Counted from the first letter of the whole stretch, positions 25,213 through 37,520 are shown. The stretch is 63,042 bases of DNA, filler included, from Choristocarpus tenellus KU-1152 (GCA_964200185.2; 8 parts of 8 records of this genome joined end to end with filler, not necessarily neighbours in it); one strand, 5' to 3'. The notes: generated by a model not told the origin, from the sequence alone. A program made the numbers and translations.

Positions 25213-26932
25213 CTGTTAAAGAATTGGGAAGGGGTGAAAGGGGTGGGTGAAACAAGATCAGGGGTGGTGGCAATAGCGAGACTTCGGTGAGAAACTTCAT
25301 CTCTGCTAAGAAACAACGACACCTTTGATCAAGCGCACTTTGAGTGGTTCCATACACAACCCCCAACTGAATGTATCGTTGGGTATCAGTGTAGAGTATG
25401 TTATCAGAGTAAAATCTCCAGTCCGCACCTCGATATTCGCGTCATGTTACTAAAAACTCAAAGGATATACTTTCAAGATGAGCAGCTAGTACCACTCGTC
25501 GTGTGGAAAAGATGGACTTTGAGGCAAAGTCAGGGCTGAACCATTGTTTCCAGAATGTTCCCTGACTGGGGTGTGCCTCAAAAGAGGCAAAGCTGCGTCC
25601 CGGAGTCGGTGAATGGACCGAAAGACCAGGAGGGGGAGATCCAAGAATAATGAATGTCGATTTTTGTAAACATGAGGTCACTCTAACCAATGTCCACTTC
25701 AAGGACCGTAACTCCTCTCTCTTCCGACTCAAGCATCTTCAGGGGAAACAGCATCTATAGCACAACATAGATCACTTTCGCATGGGACAACGTAAAAGAA
25801 CGAAGTCTCCAGAGTATATCAAGGTATGGCAGGCAGTAGTGTGTTATCTTTCACCGTGGTACCCAGTCGAGCGCGATTGGTGCAAACAGCAAGGTGCCCA
25901 CCAACTTGTAAACACGGGCCAAAAGTTTTACGAATATAACACATCGGAAAGAGCAGTTACACAGGCACGGGGTACACACAAGATTTCATTTTCCACGATG
26001 TGCTGGAGCGGTGGCACAAGACTACTAATCGCAGTACACGCAAATCTCTCACGAATGCATCATAAGAACATCACCATCACACCGCCTACTTACTATTCTG
26101 GGTTCATCTTGCTTTAGAAGCAGGGCTTCTATCCAGTTTTTATGGATTAAGGATTCAGACTAACTTAAGCTGAAGTGTGGAACTGGTCGTGTCCTTTCTC
26201 GCTCAGTATCCCTTCTCCTTAGCGCAGTCCCCTACTAATCTATCTATCCCCTCTCTTGTCTTCCCTCTCGTTTTACAAGGGTTAGGGTAGTTCTTTTTTC
26301 TCTTTTTGTCTTCTAACTTGTTGATTCACTGGTCGACCGACCAACCGACCGACAGAAACTGGAAAGTGAATATGTGAAGGACATAACCAATAATAATGTG
26401 TACCTGACATAATTGATGTGACCAATCAATAAATCACAACACGAGACAGGGCAACAACTCATCAAGATCCAAAAGATCGCGATAAAAACGACGATGCATA
26501 CTCCACCCATTGGTTATTGATACTAGAAAAGGTTACAAACATGTATGTATTGTGTATGTGTGTGTGATGTGAAGTAAACGTAATAAAAACGACCGTCTCG
26601 CGTCGGTGACTGGAACAGAACGTAGAGGTAGGTGGGTGAGTTCGATTCCAGTCGGCTAAAAATTGGAGGATAAAAGCTGTTCTACTCATCATCAGAAATA
26701 TCAACTATTAGTAACAGTTTCGCCTACAATCAACCAGTTAATTAGCCTCAACCAAAAAACATTATTTTTGTCATATTTCATCACTGCATTAAGTTTTCAC
26801 TCCATACCCGTACCCATCCCGATGACGTGGATATCACGACGCATGATCATCAGTGGTTCGAATTAGGACTGAAATAGTAGTACCAGAATGCCCCAACGAA
26901 AAGGGAGACTCAGGAGCAAGAAAGGACTAAAG

Positions 26933-27106
26933 TTACCTACTCCAAAGTTTCGGAGTAGGTAAAATGTGTATGAGTATGAAAGATGTGACTGAAGCAAGGA
27001 TATTGACACTTGCTAACAAACATGATAGGCTAATTTCATCAAAATCACAACATTGGATATATGACCCCAAACGAACACGGCCCTACCCTTTTTAATTATT
27101 TGGGTC
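26933..27106 (-). mobile_element. MITE family A, truncated copy
   Basis: Central palindrome CCTACTCCAAAGTTTCGGAGTAGG and a degenerate terminus. Confidence 0.8.
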
Positions 27107-27772
27107 ACAAGCTACCTCAGAACTTTCCAGAACGGTCTGCAGATAAAGTTGGAGAAATTGGCGGAATTTCTACACCCGAGAGGGACGCTGGAAGGAAAAA
27201 GGAGTAAGGCAGAGGCATCGTTTGCAGGTGGAGACAGAAACTTATACTTCATGACTGGTACAATATGCTGGGTCACATCAACCTATTAGTCACCAAACAC
27301 CTTGAAAAGCGCTAACTACTGGAGATCACAGACACTGCAGTGACTTCCGAGATGAGATACAAGATGTGCATTGAATGCAAAGTGGAAAGTCTCCACTACA
27401 TGAGGGGAGGTCAAAGCCCAAACAGCCTGGTGGCGTGATATACACGGATCTGGCGGTCCCCTTCCAAGCCAACGTCACAGGATATAGGGTACTTCCAAGT
27501 ATTTACTGACAAGAGCAGCTTGAAGACCAGAGATGCAGCGAAGGACTCTACTGTTCCCTACGTCAACAAAATGGCAAGAGAAGGTGTGGTTGTGGAGTGC
27601 ATCAGTGGGGATGGTTCTTGGGAACTTCGGAAATCAGTTTGATTCCAACGCATGCTAGCCAACAACAGGATTCAATGGAGGAAGTCGCCACAACATTTCC
27701 TACAGAGCAACGGGATCGGGGAACAGTCCATCAAACAACTGATGGAGAGGCTGGAAGGAGTCAACTGGTGAA

Positions 27773-28004
27773 AGCGAAAAGTATCTTAGAGAGTACGGTT
27801 TTGCCCTGTTTGTCCGTTTGGGGCTTGACTTCCCACGGTTTTTTATGACGTTTTAACTACTCCGTATATGTTATTAAAAGGTATGTCCGGAACAAGGATA
27901 TTGACAATTCCTAACAAACGCAATAGCCAAAGTTGCATCAATATTGCAATATTGGATTTTGGCCCCAAATGGACACAGCTCTACCCTCTAAGATATTTTT
28001 ACTC
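27773..28004 (-). mobile_element. MITE family A copy inside copia integrase
   Basis: AAAGTATCTTAGAGAGTA...TACCCTCTAAGATATTTTTACTC. Confidence 0.88.
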
Positions 28005-28322
28005 ACTGAGTGATGAGTACTGATTCTTTGCCATAACGAACGTGGCAATCAAAACTGGAGGGATGCCACATGAGTACCTGGTTGGTGAGTCACCTTTTGA
28101 GCGACTCACGGGAAATCCATTCAACTACGACAGGTTGAGATTCTGTGGGAGTGAGTGCTATGTACACCAAACAAAGAACCAGGGGGAGCTTCAACGATTT
28201 TCACCCGTATGCTAAGAGGGGACTGCTAATGGGACATGACCACACATCACTTCAGCGCAAGTAACCTTCGATCCAGAGAAGTGCACTATGGACTATACAG
28301 AGTCCAAGCCACACGAAACATT

Positions 28323-28499
28323 CACCTAAGGGATCTGGGGGGGGGGAGGTCTACACCAGGGTGTCCATTTGGACCACAATCAGGAAAACTACATTTACAT
28401 TACCCATCCGTCGTATGCAACCAAGTCACGCAAAAATCGCGACATGAGAAAATTGACCGCAAATGGACAGTTGCCACCCCCCCTTAGATACTTTGAGCC
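28323..28499 (-). mobile_element. MITE family B, full copy, TSD ATT
   Basis: ATT|CACCTAAGGGATCTGGGG...AGATACTTTGAGCC|ATT. Confidence 0.9.
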
Positions 28500-29214
28500 A
28501 TTGGCACCCGAGCATAACTCTCCTACATGTAGATCCGCCAGGCTGAGTGAGCAACCCCTAGTGGACTACAGAGGTTTACATTCAGGGACGAGAAGACACT
28601 TGGACAACAAGATAATCAACTTACTCAGGTCAAACATCGATGACGCATACTGTTTAATGGGTATGGCAGGCAACAGACCATCAAGAACCACCTTCTATAT
28701 CAAAAGAGCTCATGGGGCCTGACGTGCAAGAATGGCAAGCGACAATGGAGAAGGAGATGGAAGGACAATGGATGAAGGGAACATTCATAGAGGGAGAGGT
28801 TTTGCCACAGGGAAGAAGACCTGTTAAGACTAAGTTCGCGTTGAAAATAAAGCAGACAGCTGAAGGGACCATCAAACTATTCGAGGCCATGTTGTTGGCG
28901 CAGGGCTTCACCCAACAGGAGGGTGTGGGCTACTTCAACACGTTCAGCCCAGTGGTTGGCTTCGGTGCAATCAGGGCAGTCCTAGCGACAACTCACAATT
29001 GGGAAATGCACTCACTGGATTTTACACCAAGCCTACCTTAACGCTTTGCTACCTGAGGACGTATGGTTGCAACTGCCTGATGGTATGGTGGTCAAGGTCG
29101 CGAAGGCTATTTATGGTTTGAAGCAATTGGCCCATAAATGGTACAAGGAAATTAAGGGAACGATTCTCGATGATGGATGGAGCATCAGTCAGTTTGATGA
29201 TTGCTTGATCTTCA

Positions 29215-29256
29215 GACCCAAAGTATCTGAGGGGGCGGGGGGGGTCTACACCAGGG
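29215..29256 (-). mobile_element. MITE family B terminus at the contig end
   Basis: GACCCAAAGTATCTGAGGGGG...TCTACACCAGGG. Confidence 0.8.
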
Positions 29257-29356
29257 NNNNNNNNNNNNNNNNNNNNNNNNNNNNNNNNNNNNNNNNNNNN
29301 TTAATTAATTAANNNNNNNNNNNNNNNNNNNNNNNNNNNNNNNNNNNNNNNNNNNN
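29257..29356. other. Artificial contig spacer
   Basis: N44-TTAATTAATTAA-N44. Confidence 0.98.
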
Positions 29357-30049
29357 GAGGGAGAGGAGCGGGAGGATACGGTCGGAAAGGAGTAGTTAAA
29401 TCCAGGCTATGCCAGATTGTTTCGGTGACTACGCAAGTGGTATTGTCTCGACGTGTCATGCGCTTCAAACTAGAGTCACCACGGAGATGGGCACGGAGGG
29501 GTCTGTTGGATTCTTGGGATGCCTCCCTAGCTCCCCCCCCCGGGGCACAGGGGTAGGTAGATGGGAAGCACAGGAAGACAGTAGTACAATATTTGATAGT
29601 GGTGAAGTAACTAATAGATTAGTGGTTTCCACACTCACAATGTTATTTAGTGTTCTTACGTTTAGGATATTTTATTTCTTTAGGGCTAGTAACGACATAT
29701 TATGTATTCATTGGTTTCCCACCTGACACGTATGCAAAATGTCAGAGGGCATAATAATAAATACTTAAATGTTGGTGGATTAGATAAATTAATATACAAT
29801 TAATTTTATCTTTCAATTCTGCTCGTTCGCATGAGTGTACACATGGGGTGGTGAAGAGACCGTATCACCACGCACACTAGCACTTGTGTGCTAGGGGTGG
29901 CTGTTCATTACATCATGTCACGTTTTCATGAAATGGATTTATTGATCATCATGAAATGACTAATCCCACCCTAAAACAGAAAAAATAAAAATAATTGAAG
30001 ATTCAAGTCTACCACCAGGTAAGAGTTGGAGACTTCAGGTAAGTCACAC

Positions 30050-30570
30050 ATTTTCTTTTTTGGCGTAGCATGATTCCCCCGACATGATGTGATGACCATA
30101 CAGCCACCTTGTAATTGTTTTAGGAGAGTTGAGCCACCAACATCGTACGTCCGAGTTGTCCACTTGGAATATTGTTGTCGTGAACAATATTCCTATCGAA
30201 GTCAGAACTGAGGAAGGAGAATGGGTGCACACATTTGATTTCGTCTTTTTTTGCTGTGTTGATTTGATCATGTAACACACGATGTTGTTTTCACACATCG
30301 GAGTGGCGATTAAATCATCGTATAACACCTGTACAGCAATGTCGAATCACAAACACTAGTCAAATCGTTTTGTTGACATCGTGTATTTAGTGTTTGCTCC
30401 TCGTATCCCCATTCTGAGTGTATCCTCTGTTTTATACAAGATACTAGAGATCCTATATGCTGGCCACATATACCTCTCGCCTCGTCATTCAGAGTTGTCA
30501 CACATGGAAGATCCACTTTATTCTCAGGTCTCTTGACTGATGATGAAGCCCCATCTTCGATGATGCTCAT
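30050..30570 (-). pseudogene. Degenerate PIF/Harbinger (DDE_Tnp_4-like) transposase core
   Basis: RGICGQHIGSL (cf. GC.G.IDG), TSVCDSTLLY (cf. QAVCD...F), PMCENN (cf. PG..ND), GHHIMSGESCY (cf. G..I.GD..Y) in the expected order. Confidence 0.5.
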
Positions 30571-30715
30571 TACTCCTCAATTTGCACTTGTCCAACCTTA
30601 GCCTCGTACCCTCGGTTACGGTTTGTCCTTGTTCGTCTGGTCCGTGTTGCCTGGTGATTCTCTTCGCCACCCTTGCCTGAGTGAACCACGCCGCAATAGA
30701 ATCACACGATTCAAG

Positions 30716-33700
30716 TATGTTTTACGATGCAATTCAACTACTAGCTTTCGGCGACGAGCCTTACATGCGCTAATATTCTCAATACGCTTAACCACCTAAT
30801 CCAAACTCTAGCTACGAGAGGCGCAGCCGGATTGGTTTGGTTTTAGTTGGTACTACATCACCTATGGCTTCTGATGCTTCTCACTCGGGATCAGGAAAAA
30901 CCCATCAGAGTGGTTGATATAGATTTCATCTAGAAGGAAGATGTGGATGAAGAAGAGATCACCAAGGCTAAAAAGGCATCTCCATCCAACGGGAGGTAGG
31001 AGATGGTGGAGAGCCCGGGAGCACTCTGGCCGCGAGGACCGATAAAATGGCTGGCCAATGTGGCAGCCGGAGTACGACTGGTCACCATATTGACCCTGCG
31101 ACGACAGGATCCTGTCCGTTCCAGGGGGCTAACCAAGTCCCGAGAGAAATGTGGTAAGTGTTGATTGGTTTGGCATTATGGTTCCTGTACATTTGGAGGA
31201 CCATGATACAGCTGCGGGAGGAATGGCCACCTGCGAGCTGTGTGCCCACAAAGGAGGGCAAGCCCGTTAAAGTCTGCGGGAATACTAGCTGAACCAGACG
31301 AACCAGCTAGGGAATCTAGGAAGTTCAAGACCATGTTAGCTACTGTGGTTGATAATGGCAAGGTGAGATTGGACGCTTTCGAAACGTGGAGTTTTGATTC
31401 GCGTTCGTCCAACAGTGTAATGAAAGACTCGCAGTACATGTATGACTTCACCACATGTCCACAAGGCCACAACATGACCGTGGCTGGCGGAACATCACTA
31501 CCTATTATGGAGTATGGCAAGATTAATTTGAATTTCAATATTGGCCACGATTAGTGGATGCATGTTACTCTGACGTCTGTTGCACTTGTTCCAAAGATAG
31601 CTTTCAATCTTCTCTCTTCTCATTCTGCTGGTAGGGCTAAGGAAGAGAATGTCAATATTGATGGTGACAAGGAGGTGAAGGACACTGAGGATAGCAATGA
31701 TGGTGATGATGATGGGGTGGATGAGGCCAAGGACAGCCAATGTGAAAGGGAATTACGACGACTCAGCATTGGCAATGGTGAAGACAACATCCTTCCCCAC
31801 CGCACCAGATCAGGCAATCACCCTACTTCAGCCAAAGCTGCTGTTTTTAACATGTCCAATTTTTTATGACTTGTTTGTCTGTTTCCATAGAGACTACCGT
31901 TGTGATGTGTGCGAGAGGTGATTCTATTAGAGTGTTAGCGGATGAGCTCCCTCCAGAACCCAAGACAGTAAGAGCAGCACGAAGCTCTCCCGAACGTGAT
32001 TTATGGGATCGAGCTAGAGCAGAAGAAATGTCTGGTCTGTTGTTGAATAATGTTTGGGTGGAGGCCGTATTACACCCTGGACGCAGGGCAATATACTCTA
32101 AATGGATTCACAAGCGTAAGACTAACAAATTTGGTGAGGTAGTTAGGTACAAGGCAATTTGGTAGCAGAAGGTTTTCGACAGATTAAGGGTTAAGATTAC
32201 CAAGATACCTTTGCACCAACACCGTCTCCTGCGTCCTTGAAAATGGTTTTAGCATTTGCTGCAGACAAGAATTGGGAATTGAAGCATTGGGATGTGAAAC
32301 AAGCTTTCATCCAAGCAGACATTAGTGAAGAGATCTTTGTTCGTTTATGTGATGGATGTGGTATATGGTCTGGAAAGATTGTGCGTTTGATAAAGGCACT
32401 CTATGGCACCACATAGGCAAGCAGAGAGTTTAATAATCTGTTGTTGCACGTTTTGGAACAGTGTGGTTTTGAGCAGTATAAAGCAGACCCTTGTATGTTA
32501 CGCTATATAAAAGATGGCATTGTTTGTGCTGTGATAGCCCCCGACGTAAATGATCTTTTGGTAGCTGGTAGAAATTGATGTCTTGATTTGAGTTCGCTCT
32601 AGGATCAAAGAGCAGTTTTCTTTAGAAGATTTTGGTGATCTTGAGTATTATATGGGTTGTGAGATTTCACGTGATAGAACTGCACAACTGTCACCATCAG
32701 TCAGACTAGGTACATCAAGAGTGTCAAAGATTTGGTATGAATGGGGCAAAGAAGAGGTTGGTACCCCATAATCTCTCAAGGACTTTAGACAAGAGTGAGA
32801 ATCATCCAAGTGTTGACGAAAATACACCGTACAGAGAGGCAGTTGGTAGTCTGATGTGAGCATCTGTTATGACTAGGCTTGATATTTCAAATGCAGTTCG
32901 TGAAGTTGCCAAGTACAGTAGCAATCCCAAAGTCACACATTGGCGTGCACTGAAATATATTTTAGCATATTTGAATACATGTCCCAGTGTTAGATTGAGT
33001 TTTGGTGGTTTTTTTATACTGAGTGTGAATTGAGTGCGTATGCTTATGCTAGTTATGCTGGAGACTGGAATGATCGTAGATCAGTGACTGGAGGAGCAAT
33101 ATCTTCAATGTCAAAGGCACAAAGAGTTGTAGCTTTGTCTTCCACAGAGAGTGAATACATAGCTCTTAGTAGTGTGGCACAGGAATTACTTTTCCTGAGA
33201 AGTGTTTTTGAGTTTAATTCAGCCACAGTTTCCTAGGCGTTGCATTGACATGTTTGAGGATAACATTGGTGCATGCAAACTACTACGAAATGCCACAATC
33301 TCTACCAGAACAAAGCATATTGATGTCCAACATCATTTTCTGAGGGATTTGTCTAGAAAAGGAGCGAGATTCGTGTTGTTTCTGTTGGTACTGCAAATCA
33401 GAGGGCAGATGTTTTGACCAACAATTTGGCAGTTCAACTTTTTAGAAAACATGTGTGTGTGTGTGTGTGTGTATTTTTTTTTGTGATTGTTTGAGAGTTA
33501 ATACTTGTTTTCAGCAAGGGGAGGATGTCGAATAACCTAGTGTTATCCTTACAATATCTGTGCCGATCAAGTATATATCTTAGCTTTTATGTACGTTGAT
33601 CTTTAGTTCGGTACAATACAAAGTAGTGATGTGCACAGCAGTATGTTATGGTAGGTTAATGGGACATTACAAGTGATACAGTGGGACAGTAGCAGTAATA

Positions 33701-33822
33701 TAGTTATATTGGACACCAAGTGGACAATACCCTACCGACAATAAATAATTCATTATGTTTTACCGTGTAATTCAACTACTAGCTTTCGGCGACGAGCCTT
33801 ACACGCACCAAGCTTCGCAACA
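30716..33822 (+). mobile_element. Ty1/copia deletion derivative (5' LTR remnant, gag, PR, RT, RNase H, PPT, 3' LTR; integrase missing)
   Basis: YSCGRNGHLRAVC, WSFDS, VPKIAFNLLS, EPKT, DYQDTFAP, WDVKQAF, LSSTESEY, RTKHIDV. PPT then a TG..CA LTR at 33526-33822 whose 3' end matches 30716-30785. Confidence 0.9.
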
Positions 33823-33841
33823 AGAAGGGGAGGGGGGGTGA

Positions 33842-34215
33842 TGTTGAAAGCATGTTTGTCGTTATACCGTTATTGCCGTAGACATATAACGTCATACCGA
33901 TTAAGGGTTCCTTATCAGGATTTTCTGACTCCAGTGGAGAATCTTCCAAATAATCGGGTTGGGGAATTTAATGTAAGAACCAATCCCACAAGTAATGCAC
34001 ATCCCTGCAAACCGAGAGGTGTATTTCTTGGGGAATATATGATCCCCTTCTCATCACTAGTCACTCCGCAGTTTTTCTGGAAGTCCTTGCAGTCTTGCAC
34101 TTGTCCAACCTTAACCTTGTCATCTTGGTTCGTCTGGTCCGTCTTGCCTAGTGATTCTCTTCGCCACCGTTACCTGAGTGAACCACACCACCACAGAATC
34201 ACACAATCCCTATAA
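33842..34215 (+). repeat. Second LTR-like repeat; its 3' part matches 30582-30710
   Basis: Preceded by a purine tract and starts TGTTG; TTGCACTTGTCCAACCTTA...GAATCACAC is shared with 30582-30710. Confidence 0.65.
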
Positions 34216-35035
34216 CTCGTAGAAAGAACGGCTCATAAAATGCATACGATACATTATCCTTCAGTACTACTACTACAGTAGACATGTGTGCAAGAGACTT
34301 TTAACATACCTCGTTGACACTAACGTGCTTGAGGTGCCAGATGAGTTGAGAAACCGTAACAACCCGGCAGGTGGGCAAAAAACACTACATTGTGCAGTGT
34401 GAGCACTGATTCTGAAACACACGGCCATACAGACTCACAAAGTATATTTTAAACCCGCTCTACCTCAATCCCTGCTGTCCTAACTCTTGTTGTCACCAAT
34501 GAACACATTGAGTCTACAGAGCAGACAGCACAGCGAACCTGGTCTATTTGTTGCCCATCCTTTGGCTTCTATGCAACACTGTAACCGGTCCTTTATGCTA
34601 TATACACTCTTGACTTCAAGACTCAATACAAGTACACCATCCATCACACAAAGCATGCAAAGACCACTCTAGTCTGTAACAAGAATTAGATAGCTTGCAT
34701 GCAATACCCTCTCTACTTCTACCTACTGTGATCATGAATTAATATATTTTATGTTTCAATGAAATATTTTTTCCAAATCAGCAACACCATGGAGTACTTC
34801 TGCTGGAGGTTTCCAGAGGACATCTCAATAGATGACAGCGGTGGTGCAACATACTACTTTGGAGTGTATGACAAGAAATAAAAAATCTACTGTAGTACAT
34901 GGAATGTGACTCTTTTCACGAATCTCACCAACGAATACGCAATATCTGTCTTGCAGCACCTGTTACAGGCGAGTAGCGCGAGTATTTCTTCCCGCGCTTT
35001 GACTGGCGCGAGCAGTATATTCGCGCGTGGGGAAC

Positions 35036-35135
35036 NNNNNNNNNNNNNNNNNNNNNNNNNNNNNNNNNNNNNNNNNNNNTTAATTAATTAANNNNNNNNN
35101 NNNNNNNNNNNNNNNNNNNNNNNNNNNNNNNNNNN
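35036..35135. other. Artificial contig spacer
   Basis: N44-TTAATTAATTAA-N44. Confidence 0.98.
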
Positions 35136-35164
35136 GGGGCGGGGAGTAGTTGTGGGGTGTCGGG

Positions 35165-35345
35165 TGGGGGGGGGGGGGGGGGGGGGGGGGGGGGTGTTCT
35201 ACACCAGGGTGTCCATTTGGGTCATAGCCAGGAAAAGTGTACTTACATTATCCATCTGGCATATGCAACCAAATCACCCAAATATCGCGACATGAAAAAA
35301 TTGTCCCCAAATGGATAGCCGCCACCCCCCCAGATACTTTGAGCC
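35165..35345 (-). mobile_element. MITE family B copy (left end lost in poly-G)
   Basis: Family B body ending CCCCCAGATACTTTGAGCC. Confidence 0.88.
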
Positions 35346-35932
35346 AGTTCTCAAGGTGAAAGGATCATGTCCAGGTCAGGCTGCAGCTGAGGGTTGACGA
35401 GTAGTTCATCCATGCCTTCCCAGATTTCTTCTAGACAACTGAAATGTCCTATCTTTCTGGTGGTTATGCTTGTTGTGCTTTCCCTGTCCGTCCAATAAAA
35501 GTATCTGTTGTACATTGTGCGCAGTTGGTGTCTTTTGGGGGACTAGTTGAGTCATTGTGATCTTTCTGTTCTGCTTGAAGAAGTGCGAATCAAGTGGTTC
35601 AGTCGAGGGTACAGGGAACCCATTGGTTGTTCAAAGCGGAATAATAGTCACTTGTGTGTATGGGCCCATGGTAAGCAGGAAGGGCAGAGTGCTGGGCCAG
35701 TGGGGGCAGCAATAGAGACCAAGCCCTGGGAAATGTAGAGGAATTTCAATGCTGTGTGCGCCTGGTAGTGTCTCTCTTTGTATTATGTAGTAAGAACACA
35801 ATATTCTGCAAGTTGCGTGTGATTTATTTGCCGTCAGTAGCCTATGCTATGCTTGTAGAGCAGATTGGAAGGATTTATAGCCATACTGGCCTCTTCATGG
35901 TTATTCTTGCTATTGATATTGACTCTTCTAAT

Positions 35933-36197
35933 GGCCTATAGTATCCTAGAGGGGGTTCAGATGTCCATTCAGGTCTTGGTGACCATGTAGTGATTTTTTT
36001 GTCTTTAGAGTGAACGTGTCAGATGTAAGGGTCATTTCCTTCACCTGGACGCACCTTCCTTTTCCATTCCCCTGCGTGGACCAAATCGGAAGGAAAATCA
36101 TCTACAAAATAGGCATCAAACTGCTGTGTTTTTAGAACTCTATCAAGTCTCAAATCGTCTACCTGGACTAACCCGCCCCCCTAGGATACTATGGACC
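35933..36197. mobile_element. MITE family C (single copy)
   Basis: TIRs GGCCTATAGTATCCTAGAGGGG / CCCCCCTAGGATACTATGGACC; flanks AAT/AAA. Confidence 0.7.
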
Positions 36198-36515
36198 AAA
36201 AGATAAGAACCGTGCAATATTGGGAAGGCAAAGAGGGTTCTTTCTAGAACAGAGCACTGCTTCATCAGTTGGGAGGTGATCATTTTTGTGCTGCCTTGGG
36301 CGGTGTGCACTGAGATCAATTATAGACTACCAAGTGTACAAGATAAAAGCACTTAGCCACTACACTGGGCATTCTGTTCAATATACATATTTTTTGTACA
36401 TAACTGGAGAAACTTGGAAATACAAAGTATGGATGCTGTATGTTACGTAGTATATATATTGGTGTGTGTGAAGGGTGTGTGCAAAATAAATTGCTAGAGA
36501 ATGAATGGATCCATT

Positions 36516-36713
36516 GACCCAAGGTATCTGGGGGGAGGAGGGTTCTACATCGTGTCCTACATGGTGTCCATCTGGACCAAAACCAGGAAAAGTGCACTTA
36601 CATTATCCATCCGACACATGCAACCAAATCACCCAAAAATCGCGACATAAAAAAATTGGCCCCAAATGGACAGCCGCCGCCATTCCCTCCCCCCCCCCCA
36701 AGATACTTTGGGC
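36516..36713 (-). mobile_element. MITE family B, full copy, TSD ATT
   Basis: ATT|GACCCAAGGTATCTGGGG...AGATACTTTGGGC|ATT. Confidence 0.9.
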
Positions 36714-36949
36714 ATTGTGTGTAGGCATTCTTTGTTATCAACCAGGAACCATTAGGTGGAGATGAAAGCCATGCATATGTCGTGAAGCAATCAGTGAAGA
36801 GTGTTGAAGTATATTCTGGAGTAATACACAGTTCGAATGATGCTTTATTACTTAGTAATAGAAGAGCTCAAAACTCCAATATTGTTAGTATGAAAACACC
36901 AAGTACTTAGAAAACAATTTGACAGTTATTATACATACATGTGATGCAG

Positions 36950-37520
36950 AGAGTGATACAATAAGTTCTATTTCAAGAAGGAAAAGGGTTAAAGGATTCC
37001 CTGCTTCAACATTTTGTTTTATATCTACTAACAGGAACCTGCTACTAAAATTTTGGATTTAGGCATGTATATTTCCATTTCCGGCATTACAACCTTTAAG
37101 AATGCTGAAAGTATTACAGAAGTCATACAATATATCCCTTAGGATTGCTACTTGAAACAGATAAGTGATGAAAACCGACATTTCGATCAGTGGAATAGAC
37201 TGGATGTCAACTTGAGTGATTAGGATGCTTTTGCCGTGCAACTTCCTCTACCCCCTCGATCTTGGAATCAATCGTTACTACCGAACAGTGGAGAAGGACT
37301 TGCCCATTGCCTTTATGGGATAGGATGTATTTACTGGACCATCTTGGACATACTGCACAACATTGCCAGAAATTTGGAACTTGAAAACTTGTGGAGGTGG
37401 CCATGGGCTCGAGACAGAGAGCACTTAAGACAAGTAGGAGCAGTGTAGGAGCAATATTTATATAGTTCAACTCTCAATCTTACACAAGCCCACACCCTGG
37501 AAAATGAATCGCTCAAGTAA
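36950..37520 (+). pseudogene. Degenerate Harbinger-like transposase core
   Basis: KGFP, GCFCRATSSTPSILES, MYLLDHLGH (cf. YLL.D.GY), KTSRSSVGAIF (cf. S..R..VE..FG). Confidence 0.4.

Larger units (their letters stand above)
27110..29214 (+). mobile_element. Ty1/copia integrase-RT fragment, decayed
   Basis: IYTDLAVP, QSNGIGE, LLAQGFTQQEGVGYFNTFSPV, KAIYGLKQ. Confidence 0.88.

Noticed and set aside
24918-25322. 134-aa ORF as a truncated or novel small GTPase
   Set aside because: Only 25092-25212 is Rab1. The rest is intron read-through, and the next exon is at 23837-23884.
26300-26700. First coding exon of Rab1
   Set aside because: Could not find a convincing ATG...TA|gt micro-exon; left unassigned.
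5405-35135. Recurrent TTAATTAATTAA motif within N runs as a biological signal (e.g. piggyBac TTAA sites)
   Set aside because: Identical 100-nt linkers with stops in all six frames are an artefact of contig concatenation.
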